A DNA stretch of 64,000 bases from positions 14,239-78,238 of the forward strand of contig CAVRIQ010000028.1 of the NCBI GenBank assembly GCA_963721275.1. Direction: 5' to 3'. A model generated the notes under the pieces. That model worked only from the letters and a program-made list of their open reading frames with translations. It had not been told where the DNA came from and made no database searches. Below are positions 1-9,697 of the stretch, one piece after another. The DNA comes from an uncultured Alphaproteobacteria bacterium (lineage in GTDB: Bacteria; Pseudomonadota; Alphaproteobacteria; Rhizobiales; Xanthobacteraceae). The position numbers were made by a program, and so were the translations under genes. How positions within the stretch are numbered: position 1 is the first letter of the stretch; every line of letters begins with the position of its first letter.

Positions 1-1
1 G

Positions 2-982
2 GTGGTCTCGCTTGTGGTGTCGCACTGCATCGCGGACGGACTGACGACCGCAATAGCCGTGAGCGAAGCCGTGCGTGGAGAGCGACGGCCTCCAGTCTAT
101 CCCGCATGGTCAGTCTGGTCAGCGCACCGCGCCGCGACAACACTGGGTGCTGAACTCCAACGCATTGTGCGGGACGCGCCAGCGACGCTCCGGGCGCTCG
201 CCCGGCTGGCCCGTACAGCATACACCTCGCGCGCCACGTACAACACACCCGCCGCATCGCCGGTCGTGACAATCGCAGATGACCGGACAGTCGTGTTTCC
301 GTCGGCCTTCATACGCGTGCCCACGTCCGTCTGGGACGCCAGAGCACAGAGCCTCGGTGCGGACCGCCTCACGCTCCTGACCGCGGTAACCGCGGCGTTT
401 GCCGAGGCGCTCGGTCGCGTCCGTGACGATGATGTGACCTTGTTGATTCCCGTGAATCAGCGAGAGGGTCTGTCGCACACCGGCGGGAACGGCGTCGCGC
501 TTGCTACATTGAAGGTGCGTGTCGACGAACCGCGCGGGCGCCTGCATACGTTGCAGCGGCGTCTGCGGGCTACGCTGCTGCGGACGAGACGGGAACCCAA
601 TCGACTTGCCACACTGCTGCCCTTGGTGCCCTTTGTGCCTAGACGCGCATTTTCGGCTGCCAGCCATCTGGCGCTTGGCGCGCTCGCCGACCTGCCGGTC
701 ACCTGTTCGTACTTGGGCGACTTGCCCAAGGACGTGCTCCAGATCGATGGCGGCGCGGCTGATCGAATCTGCGCTCGCGGCATCGACGGTCCGGTCGCGC
801 GCCGCGCGATCGAGGCGCGTCAAGGTGTGGCGACTCTCTTCGCCGGCGTCATACCCGGATTTCTCACCCTGAGCTTCGTTACCTACCAGCCCGGCGTGGT
901 AACGGAGCCTCAGCATCTTCGTGCGCTCGTCGAACGGCTCTTGGCTGACTACGAACTCGCTGGCGAGTTTTTCGATGCTTGA
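2..982 (+). CDS. Condensation-like / CoA-dependent acyltransferase (PapA-like superfamily), 5' partial
   Basis: SHCIADG (HxxxDG) motif; paralogous to 975..2363 and 3502..4887 (shared LLIPVNQR/LLVPINRR/LVLPVSDR and LPVTCSYLG/LPASCSDLG/LPVGCSLIG blocks); runs off the window start. Confidence 0.75.
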   Translation: MVSLVVSHCIADGLTTAIAVSEAVRGERRPPVYPAWSVWSAHRAATTLGAELQRIVRDAPATLRALARLARTAYTSRATYNTPAASPVVTIADDRTVVFPSAFIRVPTSVWDARAQSLGADRLTLLTAVTAAFAEALGRVRDDDVTLLIPVNQREGLSHTGGNGVALATLKVRVDEPRGRLHTLQRRLRATLLRTRREPNRLATLLPLVPFVPRRAFSAASHLALGALADLPVTCSYLGDLPKDVLQIDGGAADRICARGIDGPVARRAIEARQGVATLFAGVIPGFLTLSFVTYQPGVVTEPQHLRALVERLLADYELAGEFFDA

Positions 983-2363
983 GACGAGCACGCCCGGCGC
1001 CCCTACATACGCGCGGCACCGCCTCGCCTGGCTGGATCAACTGGCCTACGAATTGTTTAGGGTCACCGGCCGGAGCCAGTTGATGCAATGCCTCTGGCTC
1101 TATGACCGTGACGTGAACCTCGCCGCGCTGGCGCGAACAAATGAACGACTCGCCGCACTGTCCTTCAATCGGCTCATTGAGCCGTCACCCTTGCCGTGGG
1201 GAAGGCCTCGTTGGGTGAAGCCGGCCGGGACGCCCATTCTGCCTGAGCAGAGTTCGGACCTGCTGCCACGATCGCGGCTGCTGCAGTGGGCTAACCAGCA
1301 CGCGCGCGCGCCCCTAGACCCTGTCATCGGTCCGGCCGTGCGAATGGCCATCCAGCCGTTCGACGATGGCAGCACAGCCGTGAGCATCGTCGGATCGCAT
1401 CTACTGCTCGACGGAATGGGAGCCTTGCGCGTTATCGAGGCTGCCGTAAACGGCACGGACGTCCCGAGCCCGTACTTGCCTAAAGGCGCCCGCGGGCGGC
1501 TGTCCGGGTGCGTGTCGGACGCGTGGCAGATCCTCGCCGACGCTCCGCGTACGGTTGCCGCACTCGCTCGGATTGCGCACGCGAACTGGTACAGGCCCGC
1601 CGCCCCTATTCAGAAGCCGGCCGTTACAGCCGCCGTAGCAGGTCACGACCCATCAACGATCGTGGAGCTTCCGGCTGTTGCGGTGACTGTTGAATCGCGT
1701 GTCTGGTTCGCGTGCGAGCAGCGGCTTGGTGGTGGCTTGAATACGCTGCTGCCGGGCTTCGTAGCGTCCCTGGCATCGCATCTGGGCCGCCGCCGTTTCT
1801 CCGACGGCGCTATCAGCCTGCTTGTCCCAATAAACCGAAGGCGTGGGCTGGACGACGAACGAGCGCTGGCGATCGAATTCCATATGATGAACGTCGCGCC
1901 TGCAGGCCTGACCACGAACCTGCGGCCCGTGAATGCGTCCCTGAAGGCGTTGCTTCGCGGCGCGAGGAAAAATCAGACCGATGTGCTGGCTTCGTTCCTG
2001 CCCGCCATCGCCTGGATGCCGCGCACTACCGCAAAGACGCTCGTGAACCGGTTGTTCAATTATGCCGGTGAGCTGCCAGCAAGCTGTTCCGACCTTGGAA
2101 TGCTGCCGGACGGGCTCGCGCGCATCGACGGCGCGCCGTGCCGCCATGTGCTGACACGAGCTGTGGATGTCAACGTCACGCGCCAAGACCTGGAGCGTTC
2201 CCACGGTCATCTCGTTGTCGTGGCCTCCCGCTACGACAAGACCGTTTCCCTCTGCATCGAGGCCTGCCAGTTGGGACCCACACCAACCACGACTGACGAA
2301 CTTCGCCTGGTGGCCTCGCGAACACTCGCCGACTTCGGACTCGACGCGATCATTGACGCCTGA
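975..2363 (+). CDS. Condensation-like / CoA-dependent acyltransferase (paralog 2)
   Basis: ATG at 975 overlaps the upstream stop; SHLLLDG motif; N-terminal LAWLDQ...SPLPWGRPRWV block shared with paralog 3. Confidence 0.78.
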   Translation: MLETSTPGAPTYARHRLAWLDQLAYELFRVTGRSQLMQCLWLYDRDVNLAALARTNERLAALSFNRLIEPSPLPWGRPRWVKPAGTPILPEQSSDLLPRSRLLQWANQHARAPLDPVIGPAVRMAIQPFDDGSTAVSIVGSHLLLDGMGALRVIEAAVNGTDVPSPYLPKGARGRLSGCVSDAWQILADAPRTVAALARIAHANWYRPAAPIQKPAVTAAVAGHDPSTIVELPAVAVTVESRVWFACEQRLGGGLNTLLPGFVASLASHLGRRRFSDGAISLLVPINRRRGLDDERALAIEFHMMNVAPAGLTTNLRPVNASLKALLRGARKNQTDVLASFLPAIAWMPRTTAKTLVNRLFNYAGELPASCSDLGMLPDGLARIDGAPCRHVLTRAVDVNVTRQDLERSHGHLVVVASRYDKTVSLCIEACQLGPTPTTTDELRLVASRTLADFGLDAIIDA

Positions 2364-2365
2364 TC

Positions 2366-2391
2366 CCAGCGCCCCTCGGGGGCTGGTTTTT
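2366..2391 (+). terminator. Rho-independent terminator
   Basis: CCAGCGCCCC-TC-GGGGGCTGG hairpin followed by TTTTT, just after the stop at 2363. Confidence 0.65.
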
Positions 2392-2443
2392 GCATGTGGA
2401 TTCCCAGTCAATAAAAGATAGGCGTTTTCAAAATCGAGTTAAA

Positions 2444-2472
2444 TTGACATACGACTGATAGGTCGGTAGGGG
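2444..2472 (+). promoter_or_regulatory. Putative sigma70 -35 (TTGACA) with overlapping imperfect palindrome CGAC-tgatag-GTCG
   Basis: Perfect TTGACA at 2444-2449 in an AT-rich intergenic stretch upstream of the otsA-like remnant; the -10 match is weak. Confidence 0.35.
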
Positions 2473-2619
2473 CAGTAAGAGATCGTTTTTCCGGGCTGCG
2501 GCAATCCCAGCCTTCTGGAGTACAACGACTATTCAGCCATATAGCGGAGGGGGCTCGTGCTGATCCCGCATTTCGATTTTATCCTGACCGGCTGCGACTT
2601 TTAGACCGCCACACCACAG

Positions 2620-3499
2620 ATGTGCGAGACAACCGCACACGCGACCAGTGTTTTCATCGTTGCCAACCGGCTTCCGGTCGAGTTTCATGTCCATGGCGGC
2701 TGGCGATCTTCGCCTGGCGGGCTTGTCAGCGCGCTCGAACCCGCCCTACAAAACCTGAGCGTGGTGTGGGTGGGGTGGCGTGGCAGCGCTGTATCCGCAG
2801 ATAGCCGCGGACCGAGGCCAACTCTTCCACCACGCACAGCAAACATTGCCTATATCGAGGTTCCAATTACGCAACGGGAGGCGAGCTATTTCTACAACGG
2901 TGTATGTAATGGCGCGTTTTGGCCCCTTTACCACGGCGCGGTCATTGACCCGGTGTTTGGCGACGACGAATTCGAGGTCTACCGCCAGGTCAACCAGCGG
3001 TTCACCGATTGTGTGGCTGACAGCGCGCCAGCCGGAGCGCTGGTGTGGGTGCACGATTATCAACTGCAACTCGTGCCTAGCCTTGTTGCGTGAGGCCAGG
3101 CCGGATCTCCGCATCGGCTTCTTCCTGCATGTGCCGTTTCCCGCATCCACGGAGTTCGACACGTTGCCATGGAAAGAAAGCGTCCTGAGCGGACTGCTCG
3201 GTGCCGACGTGGTTGTCTTTCAGGCCAACTGGTCTGCTGAGCGCTTTATAAACGAGGCGTGCCTCCGCTTGTTGGCTATCCACGACGGGCGGGGCGTGCT
3301 TCTGCGGGAGCATGCGGCCAAGAGACGCGCGACAGTGGATGTGTTTCCCGTGGAGCCAGATGCCGAGCGGTTCTCGTATCTTGCGGCCACGCCTGCGGTA
3401 CGCGAATGCGCCGCAAGGATTCGCGTGGAGTTCGGTGCGCCGGAACCGAACCTTGATGGGCGGCGGTCGCATTGCGCAGCAAAGAACCAGGCGGCTTGA
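2620..3499 (+). pseudogene. otsA: Trehalose-6-phosphate synthase (GT20), N-terminal domain only; frameshifted at about 3081 and truncated at about 3480
   Basis: [36 protein letters not shown] in one frame, then LREARPDLRIGFFLHVPFP, LLGADVV in the +1 frame; the C-terminal DYTKG/DGMNLV domain is absent. Confidence 0.85.
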
Positions 3500-3501
3500 G
3501 G

Positions 3502-4887
3502 GTGAGCCCTTCTTCTGCAAACAAACTGCGCGGACGCCGCGGCGGGGCGAGCGACCCCGACGCCGGCGCGGACGACGTTCTGTGCTATATGGACCAAGGC
3601 TCATTCGTCGGATTGCGCGCGCTCGGACGCGGGCCAGCGCTGCATCTCACCTGGTTATATCCGCACGCTATCGATGAAGCCGCCGTGAGACAGTTCAGCG
3701 AGCGCCTCACACTAGGGTTGCTAGGACGCCTCCTGCAGCGTTCACCGTTGCCGTGGGGGCGGCACCGTTGGGTGGCCAACCCTGTGCCGGGCCCAGTGAC
3801 GTGGTTTCGCGACCCGCTCCCCAACGAGTGTCTGCCCAAGTTGCGACGTGTGCTGCTCGATCTACCTGTGGATCCCGAGCGCGGACCAGGCTGGCGCCTG
3901 GCAGTCCAAGCGCTGGAGGGCGGTGGCTGCGCGCTGACGATGCTGGTGTCGCACACGATCGCTGACATGCAAGCCACCAGTCAGGCTATCGCTGACGCGG
4001 TGGCTGGTCGACGTCTCGACCATGGACTCCCAGCCCCATCTTGGCGATGGTCTCCAGTGATGCTGGCGCGCGACAGCGTTGAGAGCTTGCGCGCCCTGCC
4101 TGGCGTTTGGCGCGCTCTGGTGGCTCTCGTGCGGCGGTCGCGCAAGGGGAGGGCGGGCTTATCGCGTTCGAGCTCCCGCGCTCGAAGCAGCCACGACCAC
4201 TTTGAGCCGGCAGCGGATGTGCCGCTCGTGCAGGTGGTCATGGACGCAGGAGCGTGCCAACAGCGTGCGTCGGATCTGGGCGTGGCAAGTAACACGCTGA
4301 TCATGGCGTTCGCAGCACGGCTCGCTTTCCGGATGGGCCGCGTGGACGCCTCAGGGCGCGTGAAGCTGGTGCTGCCGGTCAGCGACCGCCATTCAAATGA
4401 CCGGCGCGGCAACGCGCTGCGGTCGATCACGGTGATGGCGGACCCCGATGCTTGCCGCAACTATCCGCGCGCTTTACAGCGAGATCTCAAGGCTGCGCTG
4501 GCCTCGCTGATCCGGCACGGTGATGACTTGTCGCCGTTGTTTCCGCTGATTCCGTATGTGCCGCTGTGGCTGGCGCGTCGTCTGGAGCGGGTGGCGCTCG
4601 GGGCGGACCTGCCCGTTGGATGCAGCCTTATCGGCGAATTGCCGCTGGACATGAACCGCCCCTGCGGCGAGGCATTGCTTCTGCAGATTTCCATTCTGGA
4701 GCACTATACAGCCTCGGAGCTCGAACGGCTGGGTGGCGTGCTATTTATCCCGTGCTACCGTGTCGGCGAACGGCTGTTCTTTACTGTGTCCGGCTACGTG
4801 CCAGACCGCGCAACGACCCGCGCCGAGCTGGCGCCATTCGTGCGCGATGCGCTCGCGGATATGGGCCTGTGCGGGACGGTCAGTTGA
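3502..4887 (+). CDS. Condensation-like / CoA-dependent acyltransferase (paralog 3); start uncertain (3472-3589)
   Basis: SHTIADM (HxxxD) motif; LCYMDQGSF...SPLPWGRHRWV block; paralogy with the two upstream ORFs. Confidence 0.78.
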   Translation: MSPSSANKLRGRRGGASDPDAGADDVLCYMDQGSFVGLRALGRGPALHLTWLYPHAIDEAAVRQFSERLTLGLLGRLLQRSPLPWGRHRWVANPVPGPVTWFRDPLPNECLPKLRRVLLDLPVDPERGPGWRLAVQALEGGGCALTMLVSHTIADMQATSQAIADAVAGRRLDHGLPAPSWRWSPVMLARDSVESLRALPGVWRALVALVRRSRKGRAGLSRSSSRARSSHDHFEPAADVPLVQVVMDAGACQQRASDLGVASNTLIMAFAARLAFRMGRVDASGRVKLVLPVSDRHSNDRRGNALRSITVMADPDACRNYPRALQRDLKAALASLIRHGDDLSPLFPLIPYVPLWLARRLERVALGADLPVGCSLIGELPLDMNRPCGEALLLQISILEHYTASELERLGGVLFIPCYRVGERLFFTVSGYVPDRATTRAELAPFVRDALADMGLCGTVS

Positions 4888-4920
4888 CGATAACCGATCA
4901 ACAAAGCATATAGCGCGACA

Positions 4921-4952
4921 ATCAGGATGAGAACGCGGGGTCTCACCCTGAT
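4921..4952. terminator. Hairpin between convergent genes (probable terminator)
   Basis: ATCAGGATGAGA / TCTCACCCTGAT 12-bp stem with one mismatch. Confidence 0.45.
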
Positions 4953-5155
4953 CGCCGCCGCGCATTCCTGAAAGCTGAGACACTACTTTTTTGAACGGCC
5001 ACGAACGGGATGGGCTGTCTGCAGTTCTGTCGACTTTGGCAAGAGCGGACGCTGCAGGCTCGGCCAAGACTTGGCGCATGGAAGGTGGAGCTGATCGATT
5101 ACTCTTGGCGAGCGCGAAGATGCACCGTATGGCGGCCAAAGCGGTTGCCGAACGC

Positions 5156-6322
5156 TCAAGCGACGCGCAGCGCGTCGACGATCTTCATGCGGGCGGCCCG
5201 TACGGCCGGCAGGAAACCGCCGAGGAAGCCCATCACGAGCGCGAAGACGAGCGACCGCAGCACGATCCCGGGCGTCAGCACAAACCGAAATGCGAGCTCG
5301 GAGAGCGACGTCCAGTTGAGCGTCGAGATCTTCACCTGTATCATGAGCGATGCGAACGAAAGCCCAACGACCCAGCCGACGAGCGCGAGCAGCAGCGCCT
5401 CAACAAGGAAAGCAACGAGGATCCGCGAGCGCCGAAATCCGAGCGCGCGCAGGACCCCTACCTCCATCATGCGGCTGGCCACGGCCGCGTACATCGTTAT
5501 CGTCGCGCCAATGACCGCGCCGAGCGAGAACATCACCGAGAGCGTGATCCCGAGAATTTGAATGAACCCGGAGAGCAGGCGCGACTGCTCCTCGTAGAAG
5601 ATGCGCTCGCGCTTGGCCTCGATGGTAAGGCGGGGATCCGCTTCGAGGCGCGCCTTGAGCGCATCAAAGCTGGAGCGATCAGCGAGCCGCACCGTGACCG
5701 AAGAGAAAAAGTCTCGCCGAAACGACTGCATGAGCTGCTCGCTATCGCCCCAGATCTCGGAATCGAACCCGCTGCCGCCCGCGTCGAACCGGCCTACGAT
5801 CTGCCACTCCCGGTTAGCAAACCTGAGGCTCGATCCAATCTCGACGTCTTCGAAACGCCCCGCGAGCGCTCGGCCGATTACGATCTCGCTCGATCCCGGA
5901 CGAAACATGCGCCCCTCGGCGAGCCGCACCTGCGGACGCACAGCCAGAGCGGCTGGACCAACGCCGCGGATCAAAACGTTGCTCGCCTGCTTGGTCTTGC
6001 GCCTTGGCAGCGAGATCAGCACGGCCACTTCCTTCGATACAAGCGGCGCGCCTTCGGCTCCGATGATAATTTCGGGCTGGCTTTCGATGATCCTGGCCTG
6101 CCGACGGTCGATCAGGCTCTGGATCTCGACTTCCGCAGAGCGGCGTACGAAGATGACGTTCGTGTCTTCACCGGTTGCAACGAGCGTCTGCTTGAGTCCG
6201 GAGTCAAGCATGAGCACGGCAGCGTAGACAAACACCACGAGGGCCATGCCTGTCGCGGTGAGAAAATTGGTGAGTTTGCGCACGTGCAGGTTACGCAAGC
6301 TGTAGGCGAGCAGCAACGGCAT
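5156..6322 (-). CDS. ABC transporter permease, MacB/FtsX family
   Basis: N-terminal TM, large periplasmic domain, C-terminal EVGVLRALGF motif plus 3 TMs. Confidence 0.92.
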   Translation of the reverse strand: MPLLLAYSLRNLHVRKLTNFLTATGMALVVFVYAAVLMLDSGLKQTLVATGEDTNVIFVRRSAEVEIQSLIDRRQARIIESQPEIIIGAEGAPLVSKEVAVLISLPRRKTKQASNVLIRGVGPAALAVRPQVRLAEGRMFRPGSSEIVIGRALAGRFEDVEIGSSLRFANREWQIVGRFDAGGSGFDSEIWGDSEQLMQSFRRDFFSSVTVRLADRSSFDALKARLEADPRLTIEAKRERIFYEEQSRLLSGFIQILGITLSVMFSLGAVIGATITMYAAVASRMMEVGVLRALGFRRSRILVAFLVEALLLALVGWVVGLSFASLMIQVKISTLNWTSLSELAFRFVLTPGIVLRSLVFALVMGFLGGFLPAVRAARMKIVDALRVA

Positions 6323-6324
6323 GG

Positions 6325-7494
6325 TCAGCCCAACGCCCGAAGACCATTGACGATGCTGACATGGGCTGCGCGGCGCATCGGCAAGACCGCGGCGAGGACC
6401 CCGACCACCAACGCCGAAAGTGCCTGCAATATGACAGTGTTGACGCTCACGATCAGTGATGGGAAGAGCGTCGCGGAGAGCTCGGCAAGGCGCGCGGCAA
6501 CCGGGGGCGTGAGCCCGATGGCAATCGCACCGCCGATCAATGCTATCACGACGGATTCCGCAAGGATCAATCGTGCTACGTAGCCGGGGCTGAAGCCAAT
6601 GGCCTTCAGCGTGGCATACTCGCGGAGTCGCTCGCGCGCCGTCATCGCCATGGTGTTTGCCATAACGGCCAGGATAATAAAGATAACCACGAACGAGACG
6701 ATACGAATGGAAATGAGGATCGCCTCGGTCTGCTTTACGAAACCGATCTGGAACGCGCGCTCAGTCTCGGTGAGCGTCTCGGCAAGCGAGTTGCGGAACA
6801 CACCGTCGATTGCCTGACTGACTTCCGCGACGCGATTTATGCTGACAACGTCCACGGCGAACAAGCCAACCTGGTCAGCTTGTGCCTTGGAGCGCACACG
6901 TAGTGTTTCGTTCAGGTAGTCCCAGCGGAAGAAAAGCTGCGAGGTGTCGGTTTTGGGACCTCGGCCGTCAAAGACGCCATCGATCACAAACTCCCAGTTG
7001 CCGGGGAAAATCGTCCCGCGTAGCTGAATCACATCGCCTGGCTTGAAGCCGTAGCGTTTGGCGAGTTTGCGTCCTACAATCGCGCCGCGGCGGTCGCGCA
7101 GGAAGGCGCGCCGCACCTCGTCCGAAACAAGGATCTCGGGGTACATATCGAGATAGCTCGCGGCATCGATCGCAAACTGGGGAAAGAAATTCTTCGGATC
7201 CTTGTAGATGCCGCCGAACCAGGTCATGTAGGTGACGCGCCGCACGCCTTCGACAGCGCTGATGCGCTTCTGATATGCTTGTGGCAGCGGCAGCGCGAAA
7301 GAGATGGCGTTGCGGGTTAGCAGCCGCGAAGGAACGGCGCCATCCACCCCCGCATACCACGTTTTGACGACGGTCTGGAGCACACCAAAGGCGAGGATCG
7401 CAACAACGAGCCCGACGAGCGTCAGGGACGTGCGGAGCCGGTGGCGCAAGACGTTACGCGCCACGAGCGTGAGCCATTGGCTCATGATTGGCAC
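6325..7494 (-). CDS. ABC transporter permease, MacB/FtsX family (alternative start ATG 7485)
   Basis: RNVLRHRLRTSLT N-terminus; ERLREYATLKAIGF motif. Confidence 0.92.
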   Translation of the reverse strand: MPIMSQWLTLVARNVLRHRLRTSLTLVGLVVAILAFGVLQTVVKTWYAGVDGAVPSRLLTRNAISFALPLPQAYQKRISAVEGVRRVTYMTWFGGIYKDPKNFFPQFAIDAASYLDMYPEILVSDEVRRAFLRDRRGAIVGRKLAKRYGFKPGDVIQLRGTIFPGNWEFVIDGVFDGRGPKTDTSQLFFRWDYLNETLRVRSKAQADQVGLFAVDVVSINRVAEVSQAIDGVFRNSLAETLTETERAFQIGFVKQTEAILISIRIVSFVVIFIILAVMANTMAMTARERLREYATLKAIGFSPGYVARLILAESVVIALIGGAIAIGLTPPVAARLAELSATLFPSLIVSVNTVILQALSALVVGVLAAVLPMRRAAHVSIVNGLRALG

Positions 7495-8226
7495 TCACTC
7501 AAGGCGCTGCTCCACCAGATAGGAAAGATCGCCCTTCTCCAGATGCATGATGCGCTTCGCATGCGCCGCCGCGCGGCGATCATGTGTCACCATCACGATC
7601 GTCTTGCCCATATCGCGGTTTAACCGCTGCATAATCTCAAGAACCTCCTCCGCGGACTGCCGGTCAAGGTCGCCCGTCGGCTCGTCGGCCACCAGCATCG
7701 TCGGGTCGGTGACGATCGCCCGCGCGATCGCCACGCGCTGCTGCTGTCCGCCGGAGAGCTCCGAGGGCAAATGTTTGACGCGATCGCTCAGGCCAACGAG
7801 ACTGAGCGCGAGTTGCGCGCGGTCTCGGCGGTCGCGCCGCCTTAGGCCAGTGAGCGTGAGAGGCAGCTCGACGTTCTCCAGCGCTGTGAGCACAGGCATC
7901 AGGTTGTAGAATTGGAATATGAAGCCCACGTTCGCCGCGCGCCAGTCAGCGAGATCGGCTTCCGGGAGGCGCGTGATGTCCTCGCCACCCACCTTGATCG
8001 AGCCGTGATCTGGACTGTCGATGCCAGCGATCAGGTTGAGCAGTGTCGACTTGCCCGACCCCGACGGGCCCATCAGGGCGAGGAACTCCTTACAACGGAT
8101 GTCGAATGTGAGTTTGGAAAGGACTGGGACGATCTGCCCGCCGCGCCGGTAGCTCTTGCTCACGTCGCTCAGCGCGATAAGCACATCTTCCTCGGTCGGC
8201 GCGTCGGAGACGCGAAGCACGGTCAC
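7495..8226 (-). CDS. ABC transporter ATP-binding protein (LolD/MacB-like)
   Basis: Walker A GPSGSGKS, signature LSGGQQQRV, Walker B LVADEPT. Confidence 0.96.
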   Translation of the reverse strand: MTVLRVSDAPTEEDVLIALSDVSKSYRRGGQIVPVLSKLTFDIRCKEFLALMGPSGSGKSTLLNLIAGIDSPDHGSIKVGGEDITRLPEADLADWRAANVGFIFQFYNLMPVLTALENVELPLTLTGLRRRDRRDRAQLALSLVGLSDRVKHLPSELSGGQQQRVAIARAIVTDPTMLVADEPTGDLDRQSAEEVLEIMQRLNRDMGKTIVMVTHDRRAAAHAKRIMHLEKGDLSYLVEQRLE

Positions 8227-9470
8227 TTCGCGGCCTGCTTGACTGCGTGCCCGTCAACAATATCTTCCGGCGGTCGGATCACCACTCGCGTCCCGGCGTT
8301 GAGGTTATGTACCTCGATCTGGTCGCCCACCTTCGCGCCGAGATCCACGTGCCGCAGACGAGCTTTGCCATTCTCGATTACGTAGACGTGCTGTCGTCCA
8401 CCCACCTCGAAGACGGCCGCCATCGGCACTGCAAGAACAGGCTTGCGCTCGGATTCGGCTACTTCACGCTCGAGGAAAGCCACCTTGGCGCTCATATCCG
8501 GAAGCATCCGCAAGTCGCGCTGCACGAACCGGATTTTCACTAGGGTGGACGCCTTGGCGCGATCCACGGTCGGTACTATCCGGTTAACCACGCCCTCGAA
8601 GCGCTCGCCAGGGATCGCGTCCAGCTGGATCTCCACCGGTTGCCCCACGTGGATGCTCAGGTACGACGACTCCGCCACGTCGGCTTCCACTTCAAGCGAG
8701 TCCATGTCGGCGATGGTGACGACCGCGCCCTTGGTGTCGACCGCCTGCGAGAACGGTGTGATCGTGTCACCTACGTTGGCGTTCCGCGTGAGGACAACGC
8801 CGTCGAAGGGCGCTCGGATAAGGGTCTGGCCGACGGCAACTTCGGACACGCGGAGATTAGCCTGTGCAGCGGCGATGGCGGCTTTGTACCCGGCAAACGC
8901 TGCTCGCGCCTTGGCGAGGCGTGCCTCGGCGGTTTCGCGCGTCGACTCGCTTATGATGTTCTTCTCGCCGAGGGCCTCGGAGCGCCTGAACGCGATTTCC
9001 GCTTCCGTGAGCTCCGCCTGCCCCTGGGCGAGGTTGGCTTCCGCAACCTGCACGTTAGCGGCTGCCTGGTCGCGCATCGCCTGCGTGTCGCTGCTCTCAA
9101 GCCGGGCGATCACCTCACCCGCGTGCACCTTGCTGCCTTCGAGTACACCCAACCATTCGAGACGGCCTGTCGCCTTCGAGGCGACGGACGCCTTGCGTTG
9201 CGCAACGACGTACCCGGTCGCGTTTAACAGTGTCAGCGCTTGTGACGGATAGACAGAGTAGACGACCGCCGTCTGGACGACGATCTGCGCATGCCGGCGC
9301 CACACCCACGTTGCGACCCCAATGCCGACAAGCATGGCGAGTAGAAGGACCCGCACCAGGATGCGGCCCAATTGTCTGCGGCGCCGCCAGCCAGCGCTAC
9401 GGTCGATCGCAAGCGCGGATAGATCGGAGGCGGCGGCTACGCCATCGCCCAGGGCTTGGGGCAGAGTCAT
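8223..9470 (-). CDS. Efflux periplasmic adaptor subunit (MFP, MacA-like)
   Basis: Single TM, lipoyl-like halves (ASKATGRL...IRAPFDGVV), coiled-coil hairpin; ATG 9470 chosen as start. Confidence 0.92.
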   Translation of the reverse strand: MTLPQALGDGVAAASDLSALAIDRSAGWRRRRQLGRILVRVLLLAMLVGIGVATWVWRRHAQIVVQTAVVYSVYPSQALTLLNATGYVVAQRKASVASKATGRLEWLGVLEGSKVHAGEVIARLESSDTQAMRDQAAANVQVAEANLAQGQAELTEAEIAFRRSEALGEKNIISESTRETAEARLAKARAAFAGYKAAIAAAQANLRVSEVAVGQTLIRAPFDGVVLTRNANVGDTITPFSQAVDTKGAVVTIADMDSLEVEADVAESSYLSIHVGQPVEIQLDAIPGERFEGVVNRIVPTVDRAKASTLVKIRFVQRDLRMLPDMSAKVAFLEREVAESERKPVLAVPMAAVFEVGGRQHVYVIENGKARLRHVDLGAKVGDQIEVHNLNAGTRVVIRPPEDIVDGHAVKQAAK

Positions 9471-9697
9471 CGTTTCATCATCGATTTCCGAGCAATGCAG
9501 CGCAGATTTTGAAGAAAATATCTCGCTGAGAAAGCCGTAAGCCATGCGCTTGACGACTGTCAATTAGCATTAAAGGCGGCTCTTGACATCCATGATTTCG
9601 TATTCTCCAAATCTTCTCTAAACTCTGAAATAAAGCCGACGGCACCCACGCCAGAGCGATTGCCATAACTTGAAACCGCGAAAGCCGGAGCGGGACC

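Noticed and set aside
4991-6583. 530-aa plus-strand ORF
   Set aside because: Antisense shadow of the ABC permeases; low-complexity R/H/E composition and no motifs
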